A stretch of DNA of 64,000 bases from a bacterium (GTDB taxonomy: Bacteria; Fidelibacterota; Marinisomatia; Marinisomatales; JAHJCW01), in the NCBI GenBank assembly GCA_028282845.1, contig JANQGY010000005.1:69797-133796 (forward strand). The letters are read 5' to 3'. Under the pieces are notes generated by a model that searched no databases, was not told the origin of the DNA, and saw only the letters and a program-made list of their open reading frames with translations. The position numbers were made by a program, and so were the translations under genes. Positions 1-13,572 of this stretch are shown piece by piece (position 1 is the first letter of the stretch; the number at the start of each line of letters is the position of its first letter).

Positions 1-1495
1 TCATGTCTTCCATTGAAAAATCAGCGCCGTACGGCACGATTTCTGTCCGGCGCTCGTCACCATGTTTATCTAACAGTTCGCGCAATTCCGTTTTTACTAT
101 ATCCATCCGCTTGTTGCGGCTTTCCAAAATATTTTTTAGCTGCGCGATTAATTTAATAGTCGCTTTGTATTCTTCAACGACCTTGTCAATTTCTAAGCCT
201 GTCAGGCGCTGAAGGCGCATGTCTAAAATGGCTTGCGCCTGAATCTCGGAAAGGTCAAAACTGTTCATTAACCCCTCTTTAGCGTGAACGGGATCTTTGC
301 TGCCGCGAATAATTTTGATTACCTCATCAATATTATCTAAGGCAATCTTTAGCCCTTCAAGAATATGTGCTTTTGCTTCGGCTTGTTTAAGGTCAAATTC
401 GGTTCTTCGTACTACAACATCATGGCGGAAATCAACAAAATGCTGCATGGTTTCCAAAAGGTTCATTACTTTCGGAACACCGTTTATCAGCGCAAGCATA
501 ATAACGCCAAAGGTGTCCTGTAGTTGAGTATGTTTATATAATTGATTTAAAATGACATCTGGAATAGCATCGCGTTTGGTTTCAATAACTATGCGGATAC
601 CATCTTTGTCCGATTCGTCGCGCAAATCCGATATTCCTTCAATTTTTTTATCACGAACAAGATCGGCAATTTTTTCAATTAAATTAGCTTTGTTTACTTG
701 ATAGGGAAGTTCGGAAACTATAATGTTTTCTCTGCCGTTTTTGGCGGTTTCAATAAAAGCCCGCGCCCTGACAGTAACCTTGCCGCGTCCGGTAGAATAA
801 GCATTTTTTATACCATCCTTGCCCATTATGATCGCGCCGGTCGGAAAGTCCGGTCCTTTGATGTGAGCCATCATTTCATCAATCGCTATTTGCGGATTGT
901 CAATCAGCGCTATTAAGCCATTGACCAGTTCAGTAAGGTTGTGGGGTGGAATTTTAGTAGCCATCCCCACGGCAATTCCCTCTGATCCATTAGCCAATAA
1001 TGCCGGAAAAACCGATGGCAACACGGAGGGCTCTTTTAGTGTTTCGTCAAAATTCGGCAGCCAATCAATTGTGTCTTTGTCCAAATCGCGCAGCATTTCA
1101 CTGCCGATCTTGGTCATGCGTGATTCGGTGTAACGCATCGCCGCTGCGCCATCGCCATCAATTGAACCAAAGTTGCCTTGCCCGTCAACCAACTCGTAGC
1201 GCATGGAAAATTCCTGAGCCATACGTACCAAGGCGTCATAAACCGAAGAGTCGCCGTGCGGATGATATTTACCTAACACATCACCGACAATCCGAGCTGA
1301 TTTCTTATAAGCCCGATTCCATTGCGAACCCAATTCATTCATTCCATATAAAATCCGGCGATGCACCGGCTTTAGTCCATCGCGCACATCGGGCAATGCC
1401 CGGGCTACAATAACAGACATTGAGTAGTTTAGATAGCTCTCTTTTAGCTCATCAACAATATCACGATTTATAGTATTTTCTCTTGCTATGTCCAC
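1..1495 (-). CDS. gyrA: DNA gyrase subunit A, N-terminal ~498 codons (partial; runs off the left edge, so it is absent from the ORF track)
   Basis: My reverse-complement translation from GTG at 1495 gives [50 protein letters not shown]..., then GKYHPHGD and [12 protein letters not shown] (active-site Tyr motif). It lies 17 nt downstream of the gyrB stop. Confidence 0.95.
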   Translation of the reverse strand, partial: MDIARENTINRDIVDELKESYLNYSMSVIVARALPDVRDGLKPVHRRILYGMNELGSQWNRAYKKSARIVGDVLGKYHPHGDSSVYDALVRMAQEFSMRYELVDGQGNFGSIDGDGAAAMRYTESRMTKIGSEMLRDLDKDTIDWLPNFDETLKEPSVLPSVFPALLANGSEGIAVGMATKIPPHNLTELVNGLIALIDNPQIAIDEMMAHIKGPDFPTGAIIMGKDGIKNAYSTGRGKVTVRARAFIETAKNGRENIIVSELPYQVNKANLIEKIADLVRDKKIEGISDLRDESDKDGIRIVIETKRDAIPDVILNQLYKHTQLQDTFGVIMLALINGVPKVMNLLETMQHFVDFRHDVVVRRTEFDLKQAEAKAHILEGLKIALDNIDEVIKIIRGSKDPVHAKEGLMNSFDLSEIQAQAILDMRLQRLTGLEIDKVVEEYKATIKLIAQLKNILESRNKRMDIVKTELRELLDKHGDERRTEIVPYGADFSMEDM

Positions 1496-1512
1496 TTTGA
1501 AATTCCTGTCTG

Positions 1513-3757
<2,245 letters not shown>

Positions 3758-3758
<1 letters not shown>

Positions 3759-4840
3759 TATCCTAAATAAAAGCTACTATTATTTTTTTCATCAACCGGT
3801 ATTCCGCGCTCTTCCACATTCTTCAGGTCAGTGGTTGTTATAATCGTTTGCAAATTCTTTCCGGTCATGGCAATTGCCTGTTTGCTGCGTACGTCATCAA
3901 GTTTGGCAAACAGATCATCAAGCAGGATTATCGGATCTCTATTAGTTTCTTCTTTGATCAACTGCACTTCGGCAAGCTTGATCAACAACAAAGCCAATTT
4001 ATGTTCTCCCTGTGATCCAAATTGCTTAATGTTCTTACCATTGAAAATAAAACTAATCTTGTCTTTGTGAGGTCCATAAGTTGTGCGCCCCAAATAAACA
4101 TCCCTCTTTGTTAGTTTGCCTAATTTTTCTAAATAAGTGTTTTTATTTTCCGCAACATCGGAGTGGATTTCAGCACTCAAGGCTATGTCAGGATCGTCAA
4201 ATTTTTCCAAAATAGTTTTCAATCTATTGGTAAATTGTTCATAGAATTTTTTCCATTGAGACCATAATCGCATACCGCTTTCTGCAATCTGCTCATTCCA
4301 GGCAACAAGTTCAGCCTCGGCCGAAACAATTGTATGGAAATCAGTTAATAGTTTATTCCGCTGTCTGATAATTCTATTGTAATCAGAAAGAGCGTTCAAA
4401 TAATCTCCCGATACTATCGAGAATAATTTGTTGAAGTAATTACGTTGATCCTGTGGAGACCCTTTGGTTATAATCTGTTCTTCCGGTGAAAGTAAAACGA
4501 CCGGATTTAGTCCAATCAACTGCCTAACGTTTTCGAGCCTGTTATTATCTACCAAAATCCGGCGCGTTCCGTTACTTGTTTGATTTATTTGAATATGCAG
4601 CTCCTTTTTAGCATTTTGAAATACCCCGTTAATACTAAAGAAATCTTTACCGTCTTTCAACAAATCATCCTTGCGGTTGGTTCTAAAACTTCTACCAATT
4701 GAAAGAGTATGAATTGCTTCTAAAATTGCTGTTTTACCGGAGCCGTTTTTACCCCAAATAACATTAATATTAGGACTAAATGTCATTTTTATTTCATCAT
4801 GGTTACGAAAAGACGTCAATCCAATTTCCTTAATTGGCAT
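3758..4840 (-). CDS. recF: DNA replication and repair protein RecF
   Basis: 360 aa. N-terminal Walker A GKNGSGKTAILEAI, signature SQGEHKLALLLIKLAE, Walker B ILLLDDLFAKLD. Lies between dnaN and gyrB. Confidence 0.92.
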
Positions 4841-4872
4841 AGAACAAACTAATATGTATTATGTTGAAATGC

Positions 4873-5985
4873 CTAATCGTTCAATCGGATCGGCATTAAC
4901 AACATCGTTAAATCCACATTGTCAGAAGGTGTTTCAGGATAAAATAAAGTGGCACTAATAGCCGTATTGAACTTAGCAATTACATTATCATCAGATATAT
5001 GCATTAATATATCCCTTAAATACGCTGCATTATAACCAATGGTCAGTGATTCTCCGCTATATTTAGCACCTAACAGATCCTCTTTCCCACGCGATGCTTT
5101 CTCGGGGTCCTCGGTTGTAATTTGCGTTTTTTTCTCATCGAGATGTAAGGCAATTTGGTGGGTGGCTTTATTAGAGAAAATCGAAACCCTTTTAACCGCT
5201 CCTAATAAATCATTCCTGTCAATATTTAATATTTTATCATTATCAACCGGTATTACACTTTCGTAATCAGGGAATCGCTCATCAATTACACGCGTATAAA
5301 CTTTGTCATCACCAAAGGTGGCAACTAAATGATTATCACTGATCATGATCTGAACTTCATCAATTGCAAAAGTGTTGAATAGGCCTAAAAATTTTCTCGG
5401 TATAATTACATCGCCGGTAAAATCTGCGGATTTAAAATCTTTAGTTTTATATTGCACCAATCTATGTCCATCGGTCGCCACAGCAATTAAACTATCTTCA
5501 GCTACCTTTAAAAATACGCCGGTTAGCGCCGGTTTCATTTCATCGCGGCTGACAGCGAAACTCGTTTTTTCGATTATTGCCTTCATTGCATCTGAACTGA
5601 TCCCAAGATTTTTTTTACCATCGGTTTGCGGTAAGGCAGGAAATTCCGTCGGGGCTTTACCCATCAGATCATAAACACCATTATCGGTTGTGAGTTCGAT
5701 TTTATGCTGCTGATTAACCGACAATGTTATTCTATCATCCTGAATTTCATTAGTGATCTCTAAAAGCGGTTGCAAGGGGATGGCAGCCGAGCCGGTTTCT
5801 TTGATTGTTGTTGGAAGTTTGGTTACAATTGTTATTTCTAAATCGGTGCTTCTAATAATAGTATTTTTATCGTCCACTTGGAATAAAGCAAAACTTAAAA
5901 TAGGTAAAGTAGAACGATTTGGTACAGCACGAGCAAGTTTTTGAAGAGCTGTTTGTAATTCTGATTTAGATGTTGAAATTCTCAT
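4873..5985 (-). CDS. dnaN: DNA polymerase III beta sliding clamp
   Basis: 370 aa with the three-domain clamp length. Begins MRISTSKSELQTALQKLARAVPNRSTLPIL, ends LLMPIRL, both typical of DnaN. dnaN-recF-gyrB synteny. Confidence 0.92.
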   Translation of the reverse strand: MRISTSKSELQTALQKLARAVPNRSTLPILSFALFQVDDKNTIIRSTDLEITIVTKLPTTIKETGSAAIPLQPLLEITNEIQDDRITLSVNQQHKIELTTDNGVYDLMGKAPTEFPALPQTDGKKNLGISSDAMKAIIEKTSFAVSRDEMKPALTGVFLKVAEDSLIAVATDGHRLVQYKTKDFKSADFTGDVIIPRKFLGLFNTFAIDEVQIMISDNHLVATFGDDKVYTRVIDERFPDYESVIPVDNDKILNIDRNDLLGAVKRVSIFSNKATHQIALHLDEKKTQITTEDPEKASRGKEDLLGAKYSGESLTIGYNAAYLRDILMHISDDNVIAKFNTAISATLFYPETPSDNVDLTMLLMPIRLND

Positions 5986-6402
5986 AAAAATCCCTATAAA
6001 AATTGTTCACGTAAAGAGTATAAATTTACTTTATTTTAACATTAAAGGATAATCAAAAATTAAGCCACTGCAAAATATAAAACGGTTTTTATAGAATTTA
6101 TTAACCTTATTATTAAAAAAATTTTTTTATTATAGCTGTGGATAATGTGGATTTGAAATATGTGTGAATTAATAAGCTTTTACTAATCATTATTGTGTTA
6201 ACATAAATTATTTAAAGCGAAACTTTATGTGGATAATGTGGATAATTCTGTGGATATATTTTGGGGCTTTAAGTTGTATTATTATTTACAAAAATTTTGT
6301 GCAATGTAGTTGATAACCAATTTGGAAATCCACATATCTTTTGTGGATAATCTTATGTCGGAGAATGAATTAAAAATTCAGCGGCGTGGATAACTTGGGG
6401 AA
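5986..6402. promoter_or_regulatory. Candidate oriC / DnaA-box array with an adjacent AT-rich unwinding tract, plus the dnaN promoter region
   Basis: Perfect TGTGGATAA at 6137-6145, 6228-6236, 6237-6245 and 6342-6350. One mismatch at 6249-6257 (TGTGGATAt) and 6385-6393 (cGTGGATAA). Weaker TGTGGATtt at 6146-6154. All are in the same orientation. 5986-6135 is almost pure A/T (attattaaaaaaatttttttattatag). Confidence 0.6.
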
Positions 6403-7707
6403 TTAAAATTTAATCGCTATATAGTAATCATTACGAGCTTTTACTATAAAGTCCTGATACCAGTCCATTTTCTTTTTATTGAGCGCCATTGCTTCTATAT
6501 CTAACCAATTATTTTCAAGTTTTGGGTAGCCACCTTCTTTAATATCTTCCATCCATAACAGGTGATAACCGAAAGAAGTTTTGACCGGCAGGCTACACTG
6601 ATCTTTTTCAAGATAATTGATAACTTGGCTTATTTCGGGCATTGCAAAGTTTTGCGGATTAACCCAACCAAGATCGCCGCCATTTTCCAGGGTACGTTCG
6701 TCCTTGGAATGTCTCACAGTAAAATCAATGTAATCATTAAGCGAGGCAATAGAGTCCTTGAGAGTTAATGCAAAATCGTATATTTTTTGTTCGTCTTCGA
6801 TGGAAATAGGTGGTTTTATTAATATATGGCGAACATTAACTTTATCGCCCTGTCTTTCAAGGGGTTGAATCAGGTGATAACCGAAAGAAGTTTTGACTGG
6901 TTCACTGATTTGGCCAACCTCCAACATAAAAGCAACCTCTTCAAATTCAGACACCAAAGTTCCTCTTCTGGTGAAACCAAGATCACCGCCACGGGTTCGT
7001 GAACCGGGATCTTCCGAATATTTGGCAGCCAATTCGGCAAAATTAGCACCATTATAGATTGCCTCTCTTAAACTATCTAAAAACACAACAGTTTTATTGA
7101 CACTTTCTTCACCAGCTTCAATATTGAGTAAAAGGTGTCTCAACTTGACTTCGGTTGGTATGAACGGCAAGCTGTCTTTATAAGTTTCGTAGAAGTCTTC
7201 AACCTCGGTTCTGTTAACTGAAATTGACTGAAGTTTAAGCTGTTGAAATTTATCGGCGTATAGCCGTTCGCGTATTTCATACCAATATTCTCTCTTAAAC
7301 TCAAGCAAAGATTCGCCAAGCATTTTTTCAGCATTTTCTTCACTACCAGCCTGATTTAGTATATTGCTCATCTGAGCTTCTAAGGCAGCATCAACTTCGC
7401 TGTCCTTGACGATTACGTTTGTATCTTCCATTGCAAGCTCTAAAATGACCTTTTGATCAATCATGGATTGCAGTATCTGTTCTTGTAAATTTATATACAA
7501 ATCGGGATTAAGATTGGGGCTGATATTTTGCTGCATTGCCGAAAGATTGACTAATTGCGCGAGCTCACTTTTTAAGATTACGTTATCGGCAATAATTGCA
7601 GCCACGCCATCAATTATTTGCCCCTTTTCAGCACCCTTCTCTTGAGCCGTTAGTTGAAAAGACAGACAAAAAAGAAAGAATACAACAATATATTTTTTTA
7701 TGTTCAT
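6403..7707 (-). CDS. surA: SurA-like periplasmic chaperone / peptidyl-prolyl isomerase with two parvulin domains
   Basis: Signal peptide MNIKKYIVVFFLFCLSFQLTAQE. Two parvulin cores: GGDLGFTRRG...SFGYHLIQ and GGDLGWVNP...SFGYHLLW. ATG at 7707 is preferred over the TTG at 7710 in the track, and it overlaps the upstream stop (TGATG). Confidence 0.8.
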   Translation of the reverse strand: MNIKKYIVVFFLFCLSFQLTAQEKGAEKGQIIDGVAAIIADNVILKSELAQLVNLSAMQQNISPNLNPDLYINLQEQILQSMIDQKVILELAMEDTNVIVKDSEVDAALEAQMSNILNQAGSEENAEKMLGESLLEFKREYWYEIRERLYADKFQQLKLQSISVNRTEVEDFYETYKDSLPFIPTEVKLRHLLLNIEAGEESVNKTVVFLDSLREAIYNGANFAELAAKYSEDPGSRTRGGDLGFTRRGTLVSEFEEVAFMLEVGQISEPVKTSFGYHLIQPLERQGDKVNVRHILIKPPISIEDEQKIYDFALTLKDSIASLNDYIDFTVRHSKDERTLENGGDLGWVNPQNFAMPEISQVINYLEKDQCSLPVKTSFGYHLLWMEDIKEGGYPKLENNWLDIEAMALNKKKMDWYQDFIVKARNDYYIAIKF

Positions 7708-8504
7708 CAATTATTCTCTAAATAGATTTTAATATTATAATGATTGCGCAAACTATCAATAAGTGTTGTTGAGCGCAGTTGTTTTTTTCGGTTGAAAATT
7801 ATTTGGTATATCTCATCATAAACTTCGTCAAGAGCAATTTGCGATCCCGAACGGTAACGATTCAGAACTTCGATCACATGGTAGCCATAATCGGTTTTAA
7901 GAGGCCCGAGAATAACATTTATCCGATTATTTGAAAAAATAGCGTCATCCAAAATGTCAATATTGTTTCCTTTCTCAACTGTTAAAACTTCAGCTTTGTA
8001 GTCGGATAATAATATTTTGCGATCAACCGATTCATCAGAATTTCTTAGCGTTTCAGCAATAAAATCTGCCGTGGTATCGGTATTCACGAAAAAATGTATA
8101 ATTCTGGCGCCGTCACCGTTATAACGAAACATTGCCCTGTTCGCATCATAATGGCTTCGTATTTCGGAATTGTCAACCTCAATATTTGCAGAAGCGTAAT
8201 TATCTAAAAATGTCCGTCCGAACAGCTCTTTGCGATAAGCCTCAATTTTAGTTTCAAGGACTTTATCGTTTTCAATGCCTGCTTCTTGTGCGGCATGGTA
8301 CAATAATTCCCGGTCAATCCAGTTTGCAATAATATCCCTTTTCGAATAAGTGTTATTTGATACGGACATTTGAATATGTTCTACATCAGCATTGGTCAGA
8401 ACCGATTTACCCACGCGGGCAACAACCGGACTGGCGGGATCATCGGTTTTTCCGCACGAAAAAAGAATCAAGCAAGTTACGAAAAGCGGTAAAGTTTTTC
8501 TCAT
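7707..8504 (-). CDS. Lipoprotein with a SurA-N / degenerate parvulin-like (PrsA/PpiD-like) fold
   Basis: 265 aa. Lipobox LILFSC. Single parvulin-like core GPLKTDYGYHVIEVL. Adjacent to and translationally coupled with the surA-like gene. Confidence 0.6.
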   Translation of the reverse strand: MRKTLPLFVTCLILFSCGKTDDPASPVVARVGKSVLTNADVEHIQMSVSNNTYSKRDIIANWIDRELLYHAAQEAGIENDKVLETKIEAYRKELFGRTFLDNYASANIEVDNSEIRSHYDANRAMFRYNGDGARIIHFFVNTDTTADFIAETLRNSDESVDRKILLSDYKAEVLTVEKGNNIDILDDAIFSNNRINVILGPLKTDYGYHVIEVLNRYRSGSQIALDEVYDEIYQIIFNRKKQLRSTTLIDSLRNHYNIKIYLENN

Positions 8505-8540
8505 AGATGTATTTATTAAACTCTAAAGTTAGGAAAAGTT

Positions 8541-11500
8541 TCAATTAGAAAACAGCGCTACAAATACATCAAGGGCTTTGAGCGCCTGTTCAATATTTTT
8601 GTTTTTTATGACAACATTAAAATTGTTTGCCGATGGAGAAAATTGTAAAACCCCATCGTTACGATCGAATTTGGCGGATAAGGTGTCTAACATTTGCTCG
8701 GTTGATTGAAACGGTTTAATATCTCTCAAGTTTATTTTGAGGTCAGCCCCTATGATTGAGAGCGATATTATTGAACTATTTGTAAGCTTAATTCTCTTTT
8801 TGGTTGTATTGAGTAGATTTTTAGCCGAATCAGGCAATCTTCCGAACCTGTCCCTTAATTCCTCTTCTATTTTATCAACATCCTCGGGGTGTTGGGCATC
8901 TGAAAGCTGTTGGTAAAAATATAGCCGGTCCTGTACCAACGGAATATATTCGCTGTCCAGCAAGGAATCTATCGGAACGGATATCTTCGGTATCTGCTTA
9001 AGGGCATCGTTTCCGGTTGTTTCGTCAACAGCTTCCTGTAGTAATTTACAGTACATTTCAAAGCCAACCTTAGCCATGTGCCCGCTTTGCTTGTAGCCGA
9101 ATAAATTACCGGCCCCTCGAATTTCTAGATCTTTTAGTGAAATATCATAGCCCGAGCCTAACGTAGTAAATTGTTCAATAGCCTTTAACCTTTTGCGGGC
9201 ATTGCTGCCAATTGCCTTGCCTTTTGGAATTAAAAGGTAACAATAGGCTTGGCGGTGGCTACGCCCGACCCGCCCACGAATTTGATATAATTGTGATAGA
9301 CCAAAGTTCTGGGCATTATTAATTATAATTGTGTTGGCATTGGCCACGTCAAGGCCGGACTCTATAATAGTTGTACAGAGTAAAATGTCAACCTTTCCGT
9401 CAAAAAACGCCAGAACGGTTTTTTCCAGTTCTCTAGTATTTAATTTGCCATGCGCAACGCCGACAACGTTGTTAGGAAACAGACTGCATAGTTTTTTAAA
9501 TATGAAAGGAATGGAAGCAATATCATTGTGTAAAAAATAAACCTGCCCGCCTCTGACAAGTTCGTAGTTTATAACTTTCTTTATGTTATTCCAGTGATAA
9601 TATTGAACAAAAGTTTTTATCGGGCGCCTCGTTTTAGGCGGTGTGGTAATGCGGCTGATATCGCGAATACCAAGCAGAGACTGTTGTAGTGTCCGCGGGA
9701 TGGGCGTAGCTGTAAGTGTTAATATATCAACAGTTGAGCGCAGTTCACGCAATTTTTCTTTGTGTTTTACGCCAAAGCGATGCTCTTCGTCAATGATCAA
9801 TAATCCAAGGTTTGGGAATGTAACATCCTGAGACAGTAAGCGATGGGTTCCGATAACTAAATCGGTGGAACCGGACAGCATTTTTTCCAAAATTTCAAGC
9901 TGCTGACGCTTTGTTTTAAAACGGGACAGTAGTTCAATTTCTACCCCGAGCGGGCTTAGGCGCGCCTTGGTGGAAATATAATGCTGATCGGCAAGTATCG
10001 TCGTTGGCGTCAGGAATAACACCTTTTTACCGGAGGAGACCGCTTTAAGTGCCGCCCTTAATGCGACTTCGGTTTTTCCAAAACCGACGTCACCACAGAT
10101 AAGCCGGTCAACCGGAGATTCTTTTTCCATATCGGAAAAAACATCTTTAATCGCCGCCAATTGTCCGGGCGTCTCATCATAAGCAAAAGAGGATTCCAAT
10201 TCTTTCATAAAAGCATTGGCTTTTTCGTAGCTGAAACCGCGCTTTCGGTTTCGCGATGTGTATAGCTTGACAAGGTCACGTACGGCTTCCTTGGCGGTAT
10301 TCTTGGCAACTTGTTTTTGTCGAGCCCATTTGGGGCTGTTTAAAGTCGAAAGAGCCGGAATGTTTTTTCCGGTCATTAGCATTTTGTGAACACGGTTGAA
10401 CTTTTCAACGGGAACAAAAACATTTGCACCGTCTGCATATTCAATTTTTATAAATTCCTGAGAAACGCCCTGATGTGTTTCTATAATTTCTAGTCCTCGA
10501 TAAAGGCCAATCCCAAAATCTTGGTGAACCAAGTGGTCTCCCCAGCTTATTTCATCCAACGATGAAAATTCTTTTTGAGGAATTTCAGCAATTGATTCAA
10601 TTGCCCAGCGTGAGCGGTGGGCTGGTGCCAGATTATAAATTTCTGACAAGGAAAGGCATAGAACCTCAAGATAAGATGAATAAAAACAATTATTTATGTG
10701 CAGATTAATCTGATTACAACCTGATATATTATGTTGCTCAATAGCTTTTAAGCTTTTCTGATTTCCAGAGAACAAATATATATTTGCTGTTGTCATTTTT
10801 TGGCAGATATCCTTGATTGTAGGGCTATTCACCGGTGCAGAGCTACGACCTGTTTTAACAGGAAAACAACCGAGATCAATCTTGTTTCTGCCATTTCCAA
10901 TTTTGAGGCCGAACAAACCGTTGTGGTTATTTATTGATATTGGGGGCCCGCCGAAAAACTCAAGCAGCGATATTTTATTTTCATTGGCACCTTTGATAGA
11001 TGGTGGCGGAAGTATTTCAATAGAACCCAGTTCCCTGATCGTTCGCTGCGAGCGGGGATTAAAAATGCGTACCGAATCAACTTGATCGCCAAAAAACTCA
11101 ATTCTTACAGGGTGAGCCGAGTACGGTAAAAAAATATCCAAGATTCCACCACGCACTGAAAAAGTTTGGGGTGTTTCGGTGTGATCGGTTTGTTCATAGC
11201 ACCAGCGTAGCAGCGCCTCAATCAATAAAGCACGATCTACAGTGCCATTTTTTTTGAGAATAAAACCATTTTCGATCACCTTAGGAGAATCAATTAAGGG
11301 TTCGTTTGCAGCATCTACGGATGTATAAATAATCCCAATTCGATTATTTCTTATCATATTAACGGTTTCCGAACGGTATCTTTCATTCTCAAGATTAAAA
11401 CCCGATATGTCAATTTCGGTAGAGCTTGATCCGGGGAAAAACAGGCTTTTATCAAGGTCAATATTTAGGCTGTCGGCATAAAGGGTTTCTGCATCCGAAT

Positions 11501-11687
11501 TTTTGTCAAAATTTAACAGTAGTGGTTTTTTGAAAGACCGACGCATTGCCAGAATTAGCAAGCCAAGAGCGGGGCGGGTAATGCCGGAAAAATATAAATC
11601 GGAATTGTGGACGTCTGCGCCGACGTTTAAAGAACCGGCAATTTTAAGGAGCAGACCATCGAGACTTGTTTCACGTGAAACGGTCAT
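8541..11687 (-). CDS. mfd: Transcription-repair coupling factor Mfd
   Basis: 1048 aa. CarD/RNAP-interaction region [14 protein letters not shown]2 helicase Walker [20 protein letters not shown] box, RGRVGRS motif. Confidence 0.95.
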   Translation of the reverse strand: MTVSRETSLDGLLLKIAGSLNVGADVHNSDLYFSGITRPALGLLILAMRRSFKKPLLLNFDKNSDAETLYADSLNIDLDKSLFFPGSSSTEIDISGFNLENERYRSETVNMIRNNRIGIIYTSVDAANEPLIDSPKVIENGFILKKNGTVDRALLIEALLRWCYEQTDHTETPQTFSVRGGILDIFLPYSAHPVRIEFFGDQVDSVRIFNPRSQRTIRELGSIEILPPPSIKGANENKISLLEFFGGPPISINNHNGLFGLKIGNGRNKIDLGCFPVKTGRSSAPVNSPTIKDICQKMTTANIYLFSGNQKSLKAIEQHNISGCNQINLHINNCFYSSYLEVLCLSLSEIYNLAPAHRSRWAIESIAEIPQKEFSSLDEISWGDHLVHQDFGIGLYRGLEIIETHQGVSQEFIKIEYADGANVFVPVEKFNRVHKMLMTGKNIPALSTLNSPKWARQKQVAKNTAKEAVRDLVKLYTSRNRKRGFSYEKANAFMKELESSFAYDETPGQLAAIKDVFSDMEKESPVDRLICGDVGFGKTEVALRAALKAVSSGKKVLFLTPTTILADQHYISTKARLSPLGVEIELLSRFKTKRQQLEILEKMLSGSTDLVIGTHRLLSQDVTFPNLGLLIIDEEHRFGVKHKEKLRELRSTVDILTLTATPIPRTLQQSLLGIRDISRITTPPKTRRPIKTFVQYYHWNNIKKVINYELVRGGQVYFLHNDIASIPFIFKKLCSLFPNNVVGVAHGKLNTRELEKTVLAFFDGKVDILLCTTIIESGLDVANANTIIINNAQNFGLSQLYQIRGRVGRSHRQAYCYLLIPKGKAIGSNARKRLKAIEQFTTLGSGYDISLKDLEIRGAGNLFGYKQSGHMAKVGFEMYCKLLQEAVDETTGNDALKQIPKISVPIDSLLDSEYIPLVQDRLYFYQQLSDAQHPEDVDKIEEELRDRFGRLPDSAKNLLNTTKKRIKLTNSSIISLSIIGADLKINLRDIKPFQSTEQMLDTLSAKFDRNDGVLQFSPSANNFNVVIKNKNIEQALKALDVFVALFSN
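11667..11682. promoter_or_regulatory. parS (ParB-binding centromere-like site), copy 1, inside codons 3-7 of mfd
   Basis: TGTTTCACGTGAAACg matches 15/16 of the consensus TGTTNCACGTGAAACA. The 14-bp core GTTTCACGTGAAAC is a perfect palindrome. Confidence 0.7.
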
Positions 11688-13564
11688 TTGTTGTAGATAA
11701 GAACCGACAGAACTCCTATGTCAGCAGGAGAAACGCCGGACACGCGCATAGCCTGCCCAAGTGTTTCCGGCTTAACGAAATCAAGTTTTTCGCGAGCCTC
11801 ATTGGAAATGCTGTCAATTTTCAAATATTCAATGTCCTTGGGAATTTTAACCTTTTCCTGAGCCTTGAGCCGTTTGATTTGTTCTTGTTGGCGGTTGATA
11901 TAACCTTCGTATTTAACAGCGGTTTCTGCCTCGGTTAATATTTCTTCTGTAATATGATTTTCATATCCTGCTAATCGCAGACCTTCCGTGAAACGCTCCG
12001 GTAGGTCTTTAAAGCGCAGTCCCGGTCGTTTAATTATTTGATAGCCGGGCTGAGCCTGTTTAATCGGTGTTTCATTGCACCTTTCCAAGATGGTGTTAAT
12101 TTCTTCCGGTTTTATACTTGGGCCCAGCCTTTCAATCAGAATCTTTGTAGTGTTTATTTTCTGTTCTAAAAACTCATACAAAATTTCACTAATTAGTCCG
12201 TGCCTATGGGCTTTTTCGGCTAAGCGCTGATCGGCATTGGAATAGCGCAATATTAAACGATGCTCGGCTCTTGACGTGAACATTCGATAAGGCTCAAGCG
12301 TGTCCTTGGTGATCAAATCATCGATCAAAACACCAATATAGGCCTCATCGCGCCCCAATGTCAACGGTTCCTGGCCTAAAACCGATTTAGCAGCATTAAT
12401 TCCGGCAATCAGGCCCTGAGCAGCAGCCTCCTCATAGCCTGAAGTACCGTTTACCTGCCCAGCCAAATATAGCCCCCTAATTTGTTTTGATTCCAGAGTG
12501 GCTTTCAATTGAGCGGGCGAAAAGAAGTCATATTCGATAGCATATCCCGGTCGTAAAAACCCCACTTCTTCAAGTCCCGATATTTTTCTAAGAGCTTGTA
12601 GCTGTGTATCTTCTGGAAGACTGGTCGAAAAACCGTTAACATAAATTTGATCAGAATCTTGCCATTCGGGCTCTAAGAATAAAGTATGTGAACCATGGTG
12701 TGAAAAACGGTGTATTTTGTCCTCGATCGAGGGGCAATAACGCGGCCCTTCGCCGAAAATATCTCCGGAAAAAAGCGGAGAACGATTAATATCTGAAAAG
12801 ATGATTTCATGACAATCGGCTGTGGTTTTGGCTGTATGGCAGGGAACATTAGGGGGATTAAAGCCTTTCGTTCTATAGGAAAACGGTACGGGATTTTTGT
12901 CGCCATTAACTACTGATAATTTTTCCCAATTGACAGAATTTTTTAGAAGTCTAGGTGGCGTGCCGGTTTTTAGTCTCCCCGACTTGAAACCCAATGCGTT
13001 TAATGACTCGGTTATACCGTTGGAATTAGTCTCCCCCATGCGGCCCGCCGGAATTTTACGATTGCCGATATGGATTAAGCCATTTAAGAAAGTTCCGGTA
13101 GTAACAATGACAGTGTCTCCAAATAATTCTTCTCCATCGCGCAAGCTAACGCCGTATACCCGTCCCGCCCTTTCAAGTATTTTGATCGCCTCGCCCTCAA
13201 CAATAGTTAAGCCACTTTGCGAATCAACATGTTTTGATATAAAACGTTCATATATGCGTTTATCAGTTTGTGCTCGGGGCGACCATACAGACCTGCCCTT
13301 TGATCTGTTCAGCAATTTAAACTGAAGTCCTGAATAATCGGCAGCTAAGCCGACAATTCCTCCCAGAACATCAATTTCTCTTACGATTTGTCCTTTTGCC
13401 AGCCCGCCAATCGCCGGATTGCACGACATCCGCGCAAGGGCTCGCCGGTCTAAAGATACAAGTGCCGTGTTTACTCCGAGACGGGAGCCCGCCAAGGCGG
13501 CATCAACGCCGGCATGCCCGCCACCGACAACAATCAAATCGAAACTATTTTTTTTATGTTTCAC
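11684..13564 (-). CDS. mnmG: tRNA uridine 5-carboxymethylaminomethyl modification enzyme MnmG (GidA)
   Basis: 626 aa. FAD motif [15 protein letters not shown], typical length. GTG start at 13564. ATGA overlap with the mfd start. Confidence 0.95.
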   Translation of the reverse strand: MKHKKNSFDLIVVGGGHAGVDAALAGSRLGVNTALVSLDRRALARMSCNPAIGGLAKGQIVREIDVLGGIVGLAADYSGLQFKLLNRSKGRSVWSPRAQTDKRIYERFISKHVDSQSGLTIVEGEAIKILERAGRVYGVSLRDGEELFGDTVIVTTGTFLNGLIHIGNRKIPAGRMGETNSNGITESLNALGFKSGRLKTGTPPRLLKNSVNWEKLSVVNGDKNPVPFSYRTKGFNPPNVPCHTAKTTADCHEIIFSDINRSPLFSGDIFGEGPRYCPSIEDKIHRFSHHGSHTLFLEPEWQDSDQIYVNGFSTSLPEDTQLQALRKISGLEEVGFLRPGYAIEYDFFSPAQLKATLESKQIRGLYLAGQVNGTSGYEEAAAQGLIAGINAAKSVLGQEPLTLGRDEAYIGVLIDDLITKDTLEPYRMFTSRAEHRLILRYSNADQRLAEKAHRHGLISEILYEFLEQKINTTKILIERLGPSIKPEEINTILERCNETPIKQAQPGYQIIKRPGLRFKDLPERFTEGLRLAGYENHITEEILTEAETAVKYEGYINRQQEQIKRLKAQEKVKIPKDIEYLKIDSISNEAREKLDFVKPETLGQAMRVSGVSPADIGVLSVLIYNK

Positions 13565-13572
13565 GTGAAACT
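13557..13572. promoter_or_regulatory. parS, copy 2, spanning the mnmE stop and the mnmG start codon
   Basis: TGTTTCACGTGAAACt matches 15/16 of the parS consensus. The central CACGTG supplies the mnmG GTG start (13562-13564), and the last 2 nt belong to the mnmE TAG stop (13571-13573). Confidence 0.7.

Noticed and set aside
12897-13325. 142-aa plus-strand ORF inside mnmG. There are similar long antisense ORFs at 13962-14447 (in mnmE), 37803-38336 and 36036-36356 (in the Big_1 gene), 42094-42534 (in sdhB), 44022-44465 (in exbD/exbB), 49235-49708 (in ychF), 32679-33053 (in ppdK) and 63639-63983 (in ruvB).
   Set aside because: Each lies fully inside a confidently identified gene on the opposite strand. 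Their translations are low-complexity (Ser/Pro/Arg-rich) and carry no motifs. These are typical shadow ORFs.
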